Shown piece after piece: positions 52,951 through 64,000 of a stretch of DNA of 64,000 nucleotides. Below the pieces are notes generated by a model. It saw only the letters and a list, made by a program, of their open reading frames with translations. It ran no database searches and was not told where the DNA came from. The position numbers and the translations under genes are program-made. The stretch is from Paraphysomonas bandaiensis. Its lineage: Eukaryota; Protista; Chrysophyceae. The stretch spans positions 372,001 through 436,000 of the forward strand of contig CBFFRP010000426.1 of the NCBI GenBank assembly GCA_965644295.1, in the 5' to 3' direction. Numbering within the stretch: the first letter of the stretch is position 1; each line of letters starts with the position of its first letter.

Positions 52951-54834
52951 ATGAATGATACTGATGAAATTGATGCAGAAATTGCGCGTATTGATACTGA
53001 AAACCAACTATTGAATGATGAAATTCGAAGTGTAATATCTTCAATTGATAATGCTGAAGTCAAAATATTAGCCAATGAAAATAAAGAATTTTGGATATCT
53101 AAATTACAAAATTTACGTGAAAAAGAAAAATATTTACGTAAAAAGAAATTTCAATTATATGATGAAGAGGCATTATTACGTACTCAAGTTATTCAATTAC
53201 TCAAACTGAAGAAATCAATGCGAGATGAATCTCGATTCACTTCAGGTAAAAATTAATTAAATTTTCAGTTTTTATATTTATTTATTTTAAATATATATAT
53301 ATATATAGATTTTTCATTCACAATTGATCGAACTATTCCATGTTTTAGTAATCAGGAAATGTCAGCATCAACAATTGCAAGAAATTCGAATAGATCCTTA
53401 TATGATGTCTTTGTACTCCCATGCTCTCCTAGTAGTTATATCCCTAATACACGTATACGAACATTACTTGAATGTTATCAAAATTTATCAGATCATACTG
53501 ATGATGTACGTGATTTTGAGTATTACTTACGAACGAAACTTCATTCACTGTACATATGGAATGACTCTTCTGAAGATTCGGTATCTACTGTATGCGATCC
53601 TAATTTGTCAGAGTATTTGTCAATGATAAATAGCAGGATTCACAACGAAACAACGGAAAGCACTGCTGTCCTTAATGAATCATTGCCTTTCCGTCCTGTG
53701 CTTGCTAAAGAGTCAAGGAAACCGGAGCACCGAATTCAGTGGAAAGACCATATTGTCATAGCCTCCAAGGCGAAAGGAGTAGAACATTCTCAGTACGAGG
53801 CTTTAATTCAAGGGTTGGGGCTAGGTGGAGACGCTTCAGTGAATATGTGGCGCTGTGGTCTAGCCACGGAATTAGCTGTGACCCCAGTGATCGTATGCTA
53901 CGGTGATTTCTTTTGTATTTATTCTGTGTATCTTCTTCCCGAGAGCTATCCTGTGATCGTGCAGCTATCGCCCCCTCTATCATATCTCACCCTCGAAGGA
54001 AGGTGTTGTATAGCGCGCTGGGGAATCGTGCTCGCAAAATTTGCTTCGGAAACAATAGAAATCTTGAAAGAGCACCTTGACAGGAACTCTAGTCGACGAG
54101 GCATGTCGTGTGGGGTCTATATAGCACCGCACTTATTCTTCAAGCCGTTGCATCGCTCGGATGATTGCACTTTAAATGATGGGTCTATCATGAGGACCAA
54201 TTTGGAATCGTTGATGCTTGCTTATCATCGATTGCATACTGTTGAGAATTCCGGTCGTTATTTTCTGTTCCCACTTGGAGTTATAGCGTACCCCTCTCAT
54301 GAGTCACGGTGTTATGATTACCCCATACGTAGTGTCATGCATACCTCTATTCGTAAGTACTTTTTCAACCCTACTAGCCTTGTCCGAAATGGTTGCCCCA
54401 TTGTAGTATATGAAGAGTTGAGTTCACCATGGTCTAATAAAAAGCCACCGCCTGAGGTGGTGCAGTCTTACGTAGATAATGTGAGAAAGGCTGTAGAAGT
54501 TTTGAATGCAGCTGAAATTTCTCACATGGACCTGAGGCCAGCTAACATTTTATGGAGAATTGATCCAGAGATTGACACAAATACAGAAGTGGAGATAAAA
54601 GTAATCGACCTTGAAGATTCGGTTCCTTTTGGATTCTACATACATTTTGTCGATGCTTTGCGCGATGACCCACGATACCCTGTCTCTATCAAGGATGAGC
54701 GAGAGCACATACCTGCAACCTCTGGTCATAATGATTGGTTTTGTAAGGCTGTGACTTCGTGGGCGCAGCAATTTGATGTTGATAGCTTCTCAGACTATAT
54801 GGCTGCGAATTGGGAACGAATGTTCACTACATAA
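52951..54834 (+). CDS. Crinkler/RHS-like protein: coiled-coil header + PD-(D/E)XK-like domain + kinase-like domain (606 aa, intron 53246-53308)
   Basis: The phase-1 intron joins the two ORFs in frame; LREKEKYLRKKKFQL header; SSE...KPEHRI...IASKAK...EALIQ; HMDLRPANILW...IKVIDLE. Confidence 0.7.
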
Positions 54835-56059
54835 GTATTCCGTTTTGGGTGATCGAAGCTGAAGTGTGTAAGGTTGTTCCAGGTATATTTGATTTTTAGG
54901 GGTAGTTAGAGCGTTGATTACTACAGTTATTGGTAACATATCATGTCACCTTGGTGGGAGAGAAAAAGAGGTGGGGGGAGGATATTGTGAGAAATTGACC
55001 TATTCTTAGCTCATCATACTCAGTTGTAATCGTTTCTCAAATGACAATCTACTTTCAGCAATAATATGAAATATAACCGAAATATGTCTTGAACAAATCC
55101 TACTCGTTTTCTCAGTCTTTGTAATATAATGTTACTGCTATACACCCTGTAACACAGCAACATTCAACCCACTTGGTGAAGAATTGTGTATATATTTGAC
55201 ATTTGGATGGTGTACACCTAGTTAACTGTGTTAGAATTGGAAATTTCTCTGAAGTTAACCTCGCTCTAAACTCTACACGAAAAAACTTTGGAAGGAAGTA
55301 AATTCAGTTTTTGATGTGTAACTATACAAGATATAGAAGAGACTGGTGAACATATTATGATAAATAGATGTTTCTGAGAACATACTATTTTCACCAGATA
55401 ATGGAACATGTATAATATACATATATTGAAAGTCTTATTGTATTTAGCAATATACATGTTGTGAAGTGTTGAGATTAACAATTATAATTCTATCTTGAGA
55501 GAAGTACATTGTGTACAACTTACTACATTCGCTCGTTACACCTGTTACACACTATTTACTTACTTCAATTGCAAAATATATATCACATCATACTGCAGAA
55601 CTCTACACTTCCACTCAATTAGATGTTGTTGAACATGCTAAAACTTATGATGAACATTGCTATCGGATACGGAGCCACCGAACCTCATGGTACACAGGTG
55701 GACGTATGACTCCGCTGGTATACCTAGTTCTCACCCTACATTCACTACGAACTAGGAACTAGGTACGACGAGCTCTCTTAATATTAGATATTAGGTACCT
55801 CTGCAATAATTTTTCTCCAAGATTTCGCTCCCTTCATTCAATAAATCCTGAACCACACGTATTGCCGTTTGTTATATATATATCAGCCATCTGTTGTCGA
55901 CGGCTCATATGAATTAACGGACCATATAGAGGCATAGAGTAACGGTAGAGTAACCGAACACTTCTAACAATGTTGGTGAGGAATTATCAGACAGACACAT
56001 AGAACAATAACTGAAAATCATTAACAAAGAAATTAAATCTATAGAATTCTAAATATAAC

Positions 56060-57434
56060 GCTAACACCATCAAACTCTAACATCATAAAGGAAAATTCGT
56101 ATTCAGGTAATGGTCAAGCTAGATGAGAGATCACTTCAAGACTAGTAGTCCAAGGTTCCTCACAGGTAGAGGGCATGGACTACAACAAAAAACACAACCC
56201 AGTAGCCAAGGCTCACTCAAGAGAAGGTATATATGTACCTACCAGTCGGACGAGATGTTCCAAACGGGAAGTTTATACAAATCAGCATGACGAAACTGGA
56301 ACAAAAGTTGCACAAATTATCTGGTAGACTGTGGTTTACCAGATCATTTTTAGTCAGTCTATAGATGTAAAACTAGTTTTTGTACACAACCGTTCCCATG
56401 TAATAATCATACTCTCTTATGGTTTACCAGATTAGTGTCCGGCCCATTTAATCGTACAGCGAAGGAGATGGCCCTTGCTATCTTGCTCGATAGTGGCATG
56501 CCATCAGTATTTTAGTTCAAAGCAGTCTTGCATGCTGTACATCTGATCAACAGGTTACCTACGAAGAAGACAACGAAAGGAAACATCTCACCTGTTGAGT
56601 ATATTACTGGAACCGCACCAGATGTGAGTGACTTGAAGTCCAAGGATGAAAAAAGAGGAAGAAACTCGAAAACAGAGAGAATATGCTGATGCATTTCCCT
56701 ATCAATCTGTTATTGGTGCCCTAATGTATTTGGCAGTGCATACTAGACCAGACATGGCATATACAGTAAATCTTCTCTCCCGGTTCACCACAAGACCCAC
56801 GTACGCTGCATGTCAAGCTGCTCTGCATACTTTATTGTATTTAGAAAATACAGTTGATCAAGGTATCATATTTCCTAATTTCACAGATGAAGACCCTCTA
56901 TGTGTGTACTCTGATGCAGATTGGGCCGGAGATCTGGATACATGCAGATCCACTACAGGGTATATCGTCTACCTGTGGGGTGCTCCAATTGCATGGCAGT
57001 CCAGACTGCAGCCAACAGTGGCTACGTCGACTATATGGAAGCTGAATACATGGCTTCATATGCTGCAATTCAGGAGATTGTATGGATACGAGGGGTGATG
57101 ACAGAGCTCGGAATTCATGGATTTGAGCTCAGTAAGAATGCGTCTCCAACAATCTTGAATATGGACAGCAAGAGTGCGATTGATCTATAGCTCAGAACCC
57201 GGTAAATCATAAACGTTCCAAGCATATTCGGATCAAGTATCATTGGATTCGAGAGCAAGTGGGAGACTGTATCGTCAGGCTGAATCATGTGCCAACGGCA
57301 GAGATGATAGCAGACGTGATGACTATAAAGCCTTGTCCGAGAAGCTGCACTATCAGCATGTGCACACTATGGTATCGCACTATAAGTAGACTTGCTCATT
57401 ACAGTATATTCTGATATGTTCATTGAGTGGGAGT
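56060..57434 (+). mobile_element. Degenerate Ty1/Copia remnants (RT, integrase and RT-RNase H pieces, PPT)
   Basis: SRLVVQGSSQVEGMDYN..PVAK; AVHLINRLPT..SPVE; PYQSVIGALMYLAVHTRPD, YSDADWAGD and KRSKHIRIKYHWIRE; TTGAGTGGGAG PPT-like tract at ~57423-57433. Confidence 0.9.
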
Positions 57435-57996
57435 ATTGAACTACAACCAACTCCTACGTTCGTACTTGAAGTTCGAACTTAAAGCCAATCGCTAGTAGTT
57501 ATCCTGTATTCTATGTAACAATGAAATACAGAATATACATGACTACAGTATAGGAGTAGCTATTACAAGTATACAAAGAAACTGAAAATATAGTAGCTGT
57601 TAGATATAATTTGTAGAACAGAATGTTGATGTTGGTGAATGACGTGGTTCCTAACTCACAGTGCTACAACATCATAAACTTACTATATCTCCTATAATAT
57701 CAATCAGTCAATATTGCACTAACTAAAAGCTTAAATTAATAGTATTACGATTCACTAAAATTCACTAACTTGGCTTTTAGTTGTGAATGTCTGGTTATTA
57801 GCAATATACATTTAATAGTAATGGTTTCTAGTATAAGCAAGAATACCTGATATAATGTATAACCAGTAACCAATATTACATTAATTAAGGTATGAGAGAA
57901 ACGATGAGGATGCATTGGTGGTGTTGATATTTTTTAATTGGAATCTCTTATTGAACCTAATTAATATTTTAGTCACTCCAATATTGGTGTAAAAAC

Positions 57997-58159
57997 CTAG
58001 TCCTTTAGTAATTCATATTTTCAGCTTACAATGACTAGGTTGACGGCTAGAGTATGCTCCCATATTAGAGTAATTTTTTATTTCTGACTAGGTGAATACC
58101 TTAAGCTTCTGGTCAACCTAGTCATAGTACACTGAAAATATGAATTATTAAATTACTAG
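57997..58159. mobile_element. MITE-like element with 48-bp imperfect terminal inverted repeats
   Basis: 57997-58044 matches the reverse complement of 58112-58159 at 42/48 positions. Confidence 0.75.
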
Positions 58160-58340
58160 CCATACAGGGTAAGAATTAGCGACGTAAAGCTTCACCAGCT
58201 TCAGGATACAGTGGCGCTCAAAAGAGAAGTATCTATCAGATTACACGATTAATCCACTATTATGTTCACGACAAGGAATCCACAGGTAATGTCGCAAAGT
58301 CTGTGGGATGACGATACAATAACAAAACAATGAAGAAAAA

Positions 58341-60317
58341 TTATCGAAGGTAAGACATTCCATTGGCACGTCTATATGAATTAATAGCTGCAGATATTTG
58401 TTTTTTCAAATCACTATCATCAGTGTTAGCACACTGACATATATCACTCTTTCTCACGGTTCGAACATTTGCACCACAGCTTAATAAAAGCTTTACAACT
58501 TCTAGCCTTCCATAGCGGCACGCAAGTGCAAGCGCAGTGCAGTTCACGCCATTCCTAACATCCAAGTGGGATCCAGACTTAACTAAAACATCGACAATAT
58601 CTAGATGACCATTTTGTGCGGCAGCATGAAGGGCGGTGTTCCCTCCGTCACGTCGAGGTCGCGTGTCTTCCAGTTCAGGGGTCAGAACACTGGCAGCTAG
58701 TTCTGCAACAGCTCGGCAGCACGATTCATAGCCAAAAGTTTCAGCGTATTCTTTTGTACCACACACTACAGTAGGACTGTGAAGTGAAGAACGTGGTAAG
58801 CGCATTACTGGAGCAGTACTGTCTGGTACTCCGCCGTGGAAATGCCAGTGGGAAATATTATCCACCAAATCGAGCAACACATTCGATTTACTATTTCCTA
58901 TTGAAGCATCCAATATATGATCAACAGGATAAGCATGAGATGCTAATTGCATAGAATATTCATCTGAGGAAGAGAGAGCAGGGTCATGTTCAGAGGTCAC
59001 ATCCTCTGCTAAGACTTCTTCTATGTGCGCTTCCACACAACTATTATGAAGTAGCGATTCAGACTGTTCAGAGAATACTTCAAGTCGATTATCAGAAGAA
59101 CCACTATGATGTTCAGTATTGTACACGGCTACAGCAGGGTCATGTTCAGAGGTCACATCCTCTGCTAGGACTTCTCCTATGTGCGCTTCCACACAACTAT
59201 TATGAAGTACCGATTCAGACTGTTCAGAGAATACTTCAAGTCGATTATCAGAAGAACCACTATGATGTTCAGTATTGTATACAGCTACAGCAGGGTCATG
59301 TTCAGAGGTCACATCCTCTGCTAAGACTTCTCCTATGTGCGCTTCCACACAACTATTATGAAGTAGCGATTCAGACTGTTCAGAGAATACTTCAAGTCGA
59401 TTATCAGAAGAACCACTATGATGTTCAGTATTGTATACAGCTACAGCAGGGTCATGTTCAGGGGTCACATCCTCTGCTAAGACTTCTCCTATGTGCGCTT
59501 CCACACAACTATTATGAAGTAGCGATTCAGACTGTTCAGAGAATACTTCAAGTCGATTATCAGAAGAACCACTATGATGTTCAGTATTGTATACAGCCAC
59601 AGCAGGGTCATGTTCAGGGGTCATATCCTCTGCTAGGACTCCTTCTATGTGCGCTTCCACACAACTATTATGAAGTAGCGATTCAGACTGTTCAGAGAAT
59701 ACTTCAAGTCGATTATCAGAAGAATCACTATGATGTTCAGTATTGTATACAGCTACAGCAGGGTCATGTTCAGAGGTCACATCCTCTGCTAGGACTTCTC
59801 CTATGTGCGCTTCCACACAACTATTATGAAGTAGCGATTCAGACTGTTCAGAGAATACTTCAAGTCGATTATCAGAAGAACCACTATGATGTTCAGTATT
59901 GTATACAGCCACAGCAGGGTCACGTTCAGGGGTCACATCATCTGCTAGGACTTCTTCTATATGCGCTTCACAGTGTTTTCGGTGGTTATGTATAAGAATA
60001 TGTTCATTTGATGGTTGCGTGTAGAATTTTTGTGTGAAGAACTCACCAGGGGTGATACTCTCTATCCCTGGAGGGGGGCTGCATGATTTCTTCAAATGAT
60101 TTGACAGTTGTGGCAAAAAGCAGTTCTGGGTAGCTGAGCTGGCCACAATACCCTCTGAGCCACTCTTATTTTCTAATACTGATACGTCATCATCGCTATC
60201 ACTACTCATCATTTCCATAGCATAGGTCATTGGAGGAGGAACAGGTGTACATTTAGCAATATTTAATGAATACTCCTCAATTTCTTTCTGAAGATTAAAA
60301 TGAAATTCAATTGTCAT
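58341..60317 (-). CDS. Ankyrin-repeat protein with acidic 52-aa tandem repeats
   Basis: 658-aa ORF; GNTALHAAAQNGHLDIVDVLV and TALALACRYGRLEVVKLLL ankyrin repeats. Confidence 0.85.
   Translation of the reverse strand: MTIEFHFNLQKEIEEYSLNIAKCTPVPPPMTYAMEMMSSDSDDDVSVLENKSGSEGIVASSATQNCFLPQLSNHLKKSCSPPPGIESITPGEFFTQKFYTQPSNEHILIHNHRKHCEAHIEEVLADDVTPERDPAVAVYNTEHHSGSSDNRLEVFSEQSESLLHNSCVEAHIGEVLAEDVTSEHDPAVAVYNTEHHSDSSDNRLEVFSEQSESLLHNSCVEAHIEGVLAEDMTPEHDPAVAVYNTEHHSGSSDNRLEVFSEQSESLLHNSCVEAHIGEVLAEDVTPEHDPAVAVYNTEHHSGSSDNRLEVFSEQSESLLHNSCVEAHIGEVLAEDVTSEHDPAVAVYNTEHHSGSSDNRLEVFSEQSESVLHNSCVEAHIGEVLAEDVTSEHDPAVAVYNTEHHSGSSDNRLEVFSEQSESLLHNSCVEAHIEEVLAEDVTSEHDPALSSSDEYSMQLASHAYPVDHILDASIGNSKSNVLLDLVDNISHWHFHGGVPDSTAPVMRLPRSSLHSPTVVCGTKEYAETFGYESCCRAVAELAASVLTPELEDTRPRRDGGNTALHAAAQNGHLDIVDVLVKSGSHLDVRNGVNCTALALACRYGRLEVVKLLLSCGANVRTVRKSDICQCANTDDSDLKKQISAAINSYRRANGMSYLR
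58977..59972. repeat. 156-bp coding minisatellite, ~6.4 copies
   Basis: AGCAGGGTCA recurs at 58977, 59133, 59289, 59445, 59601, 59757 and 59913. Confidence 0.97.
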
Positions 60318-61135
60318 ATCTCGTATACTTTCCCCTGTAAGAGGGTCTATATTAGGGTGTTTACGTAGAGCATCATTGAGTACAGTACACTCATATATAT
60401 CACCCGTCTCTCTGTATTATATGAATACATTAAACATAGTAGTATATATATATATATATACTCATAATACCTTAATATTACAGGAATATTCATGAGTTTA
60501 GATGATAGAGCACAGTGATATTGTTGAGGGATAGTACTGGAATACATAGTGATGTAATAATCTATGATATAATTCTGATGATATTATACATACTTAAGTT
60601 GAGATGTATGTATGTATGTATGTGCTAATAGAATAGCCAGATAGTGATATATGTAGAAACTCTATCTAAGATATTTTGATGCTATCCACTCGAGTGGTAT
60701 TTACTCTTTTAACTGATTTATATATATAAGAGTATAAATAACCCGAAGAAATGTAAGAGTTGGGAGTTTTTATATACTGAATATACATTATACAGTATCC
60801 TAATGATTCCATATTCCAGGTTTTAGGTAATAGGATGGAGAAAATCCTTCTAGTTTTTCGAAAAACTGTAGATATTATATCAAATATCTCATCCAATGGT
60901 AGTCTGATGTACTGTGCTATACATATACAGCAGTATGTGATGGATGGAGTATTCATGTGGATGTGGTGTGTACATGCATACACACACTCCTACAGGATGT
61001 CGCTATGTTTCATTTTTGTCTCAAGTAGTCTCTATACCAGGCACTGTGGTAAGGTAAGGTATGACTGTGTATAGTTCAGACAACGTTAGTAATCTCTTAC
61101 AAACACAATATTAATAGAGTTAGAAAGGGTTGATA

Positions 61136-62061
61136 ATGGAAGATAATGGATCAACAACAGATTCTGAAACAATTTCAAAGAAAAACAATGAAGATGAGAT
61201 CATTGCTGTTATATTAGTTTCAACTCTTATCCTCCTTATTATACTTGGAGTGTATATATGGATTAATCGAAAGAAATATGGATTCGTATCACAGTAAGAC
61301 CATATACAGATCATATATTTTCTGATAATATCAATTCTCATTGCACAGGGTGACGAAACAACCTGCTATCGTGCCAAGAGAAAGGGAAATTTACTATAAA
61401 GCAAAGGCTGAGATCCCATTAGACGATCCTAATCGAACTGAAGAACTCAAGAAATTGCTGATGCGTCGTGCGATGTTTACCATCCCTATGGTGTTGTCAC
61501 TGCAGAATTCGGGAACTTCCGTTCAGCGCCTATACAACCAGGGCATGTTGACGGATGACATATATGAAGGTGTGAAGGAAACCAAGGCATTCGTCGACGC
61601 AGAGTTTCCTGAAGTCCAAATGGAAGCAGATGAACTTCATGAGGGTTGGGGAGCCCATATATGGCCTGAGGCAATGAGGTTTCACCAGGTATTTCGATCA
61701 TTGGCGAATATGTTTTCACCGTGTTTTATATCTGTTGATGCACAGATGTTGCAACAGCATACGGAAGAAAAGCAGAAGGAGCAATCTACTGAGCGTATGT
61801 CTACTGAAAAAAGACAGGTATGGTCTTATCACTTATAAATCTGTCTCAATCAGTACATGTGACATGCATACGTAGCAACTCGCTGAGAAGCGGCGCCAGA
61901 AGACAAAGCTCTTAAAACGAGAGAACGAAGCAAAGCGAAAAGCAGAAGAAGCGGAAAAAGCTGCCCGTGAACTCATCGAGGTACTACTTTACTAATTCTA
62001 GCAGTTATACTGATCCATCATGTAGGAGGAAAACAAGAAACAGGGGAAAAAGAATGCGTAA
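61136..62061 (+). CDS. Sec66/Sec71-like translocon subunit, multi-exon
   Basis: One N-terminal TM helix, then LKKLLMRRAM...LYNQGMLTDDIY...EVQMEADELHEGWGAHIWPEA, matching the Sec66 pattern L.RRA...G..DD.W...E...V..EA..L...WG..IF..A. Confidence 0.75.
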
Positions 62062-63354
62062 TACTATAATTAGATTTATGAACAGAGTATAACCTTAACT
62101 TATAGTTATGTAATAACTGTAATTCTCACGTTAGAGCTGATTTGTGGGCAGGATCTTAATGGTTAGTTACACTGTTGGAGATAGCGATGACGTAATGACT
62201 GCAAGTATTCTAGTACAGCTTGTTATTGAATATTGCATTTCACTTTATGAGGACACGATATATATAAAAGGTCATAATATAAAATCTAAAAGTCTTTCCG
62301 GGCTCTTGAATATACTTGATTACTTAGTTACTTAGTCATCATTACTTCTATTACAACACTACTGTCGTTACGGCAGATACCTGCACTGCATTCATAATTT
62401 CTCATTTCTCCCATTTGGTACACTAACAATTTGGATTGTCTATATTAATAGTTAATTCTCACTAAGTCAGATCAAAGGCTGTTTAATTCTATTGCTAGTA
62501 CAACGTTCATTTCTATTCGTACTGCTAATTTTATAAACGCATTCCTGAGAATTTACAATGGTTCAACTGCTAGATTTTGGAAATACAAATCATAATGATA
62601 AATAACTTTACTGAAAAGAAAATATACAAGAAAGGTGAGAAAAGTAAGGCTCAGAGTAGAAGCATATGCAAAAATGTTACTTGCAGCGAGTCCGTCAATG
62701 CATGTCATCTTAGATACTTTTCTACTACTCATCTGCACTGCAGACATCTGGTACCATACATATGCTGATATAAAGCAAGAGTACCTTTCTCTGATGCTTC
62801 AAAGAATCAGTTGAAGAAAAAACCATTTCAAATTCTATTTAATTTACAAAAACGATAAGATTTCCATCATTATCTACACTGCTAGTATAATACTGCAGTA
62901 GAGATGGCCTGGAAGGGTCTAGGCAACAATAGTCTACATTAGACCATACATTCAGTTACAGGAAATAGATCCAAAGTAAATTTGTGTACAATTTCTATCC
63001 CTTTCATCTGTCTTTATGTGCATTGCCGCCGATATATGCATTAAGATATTAAGATATGTGACGATATCTTGATATGATACCATCACATGGCTGTTTACTA
63101 TAAACCCATACTTTTCGTCGAAATCCTATATTTTTACACTTTTCTGTTCACATACTGCTGTATATTGGTAACAATAATAACAGAAAACTTGTTTTTGAGG
63201 TCTATAAACTGAGGATATTAAAACTTTATGATCGAAAAATTGGTATTATTAGCTACAAGTGGTTTATAAGACTATGATAAATACAAGTGTAGCTACTGCT
63301 CTCATATCTATATATACATACATACATACATTCAATGGACTATTGAGAGACATC

Positions 63355-64000
63355 ATGGGGTGTGGTCAATCTAAGCATGATATTGCTAATGGCAATTCTC
63401 ATGATGTTGAAGATATCACTGATAAGCATGCAAGTCGGTCTGATATCACCCCATATGTAGATACCACTCATAATAGATGTGATGACAGTCATTACAGTGA
63501 TAACCGTGATAACAATGATAACAATCAGTATGATAATGAGAATAAGAAAGAAGATACTTTGTTGATATCTTCTTTACATGAAATATCTACACATATTCCA
63601 CTAGAGGAGAAGATCATTGATTGCAACACCGCTGCTGGTGCTGTCCAGCGGATATGGTGGGGTTATAGAGCTAGAATCACATATTGTCGCATGAGGTTAG
63701 AGAAAGAAAAAGTACTGTGTATTCAGCATGCTTGGAGAAGAGTGGTAGCAAGGGAGCGGGCTAGATGTTTAAGAAAGTTGAAACTAGACGAGTATACAGA
63801 GGCAACAATAAAGATACAAAACACGTATCGTAAGTGGCGAGCTATGAAAAAATTGTATTTATTGAGAGAGAGAAAAAGAAGTATACAGAGAAGGATATGT
63901 GCCACTAGAATTCAGGTACATTGTGTTTTGATATTGCCGCCTCTGAGTTACAACAAGCTTGTCTATCGTAGACTCAATGGAGATGCCACATATCTCGGAG
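63355..64000 (+). CDS. IQ-motif protein with MGCGQSK N-terminus (truncated at window end)
   Basis: Open frame from ATG 63355; VQRIWWGYRAR, IQHAWRR, IQNTYRKWR and ATRIQ IQ motifs. Confidence 0.75.
   Translation, partial: MGCGQSKHDIANGNSHDVEDITDKHASRSDITPYVDTTHNRCDDSHYSDNRDNNDNNQYDNENKKEDTLLISSLHEISTHIPLEEKIIDCNTAAGAVQRIWWGYRARITYCRMRLEKEKVLCIQHAWRRVVARERARCLRKLKLDEYTEATIKIQNTYRKWRAMKKLYLLRERKRSIQRRICATRIQVHCVLILPPLSYNKLVYRRLNGDATYLG

Noticed and set aside
58977-59972. Regular repeats that could suggest a CRISPR array
   Set aside because: There are no unique spacers; it is an in-frame coding minisatellite in a eukaryotic gene.
7219-62061. Alternative genetic code or non-canonical splicing as the cause of fragmented ORFs
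   Set aside because: The breaks I checked in conserved genes resolve as ordinary short GT-AG introns, and TAA, TAG and TGA all act as stops.

Overview
Eukaryotic, AT-rich, gene-dense genomic DNA with very short (mostly ~45-60 nt) GT-AG introns. A stramenopile or other protist origin is inferred from gene content and intron size, not proven. From ~7 to ~51 kb there is a run of mostly housekeeping genes: an LRR protein, EB1, an EEF2KMT/FAM86-like methyltransferase, a UBE3B/C-type HECT ligase, a sphingosine-1-phosphate phosphatase, an APC15-like protein, a SAM methyltransferase, a histidine phosphatase, importin alpha, a DOT1-like methyltransferase, a LisH protein, a TLC protein, HisRS with an N-terminal ammonia-lyase-like domain, SAC1 and a DUF4485 protein. 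Two accessory regions flank this run. The first (1-7 kb) has no intact gene but holds four fold-back structures: a ~470-bp-arm hairpin of a Ulp1/SENP pseudogene, a ~420-bp-arm inverted repeat and two ~120-130-nt hairpins. It is a candidate hairpin-RNA/small-RNA locus. The second (51-60 kb) has Copia remnants around an intact Crinkler-like coiled-coil + REase-like + kinase gene, a MITE-like element and an ankyrin protein with a 156-bp coding minisatellite. A Sec66-like gene and a truncated IQ-motif gene end the window. A recurring promoter/5'-end composition pattern is visible at most genes. All calls are from motif recognition by eye; no database searches were run.
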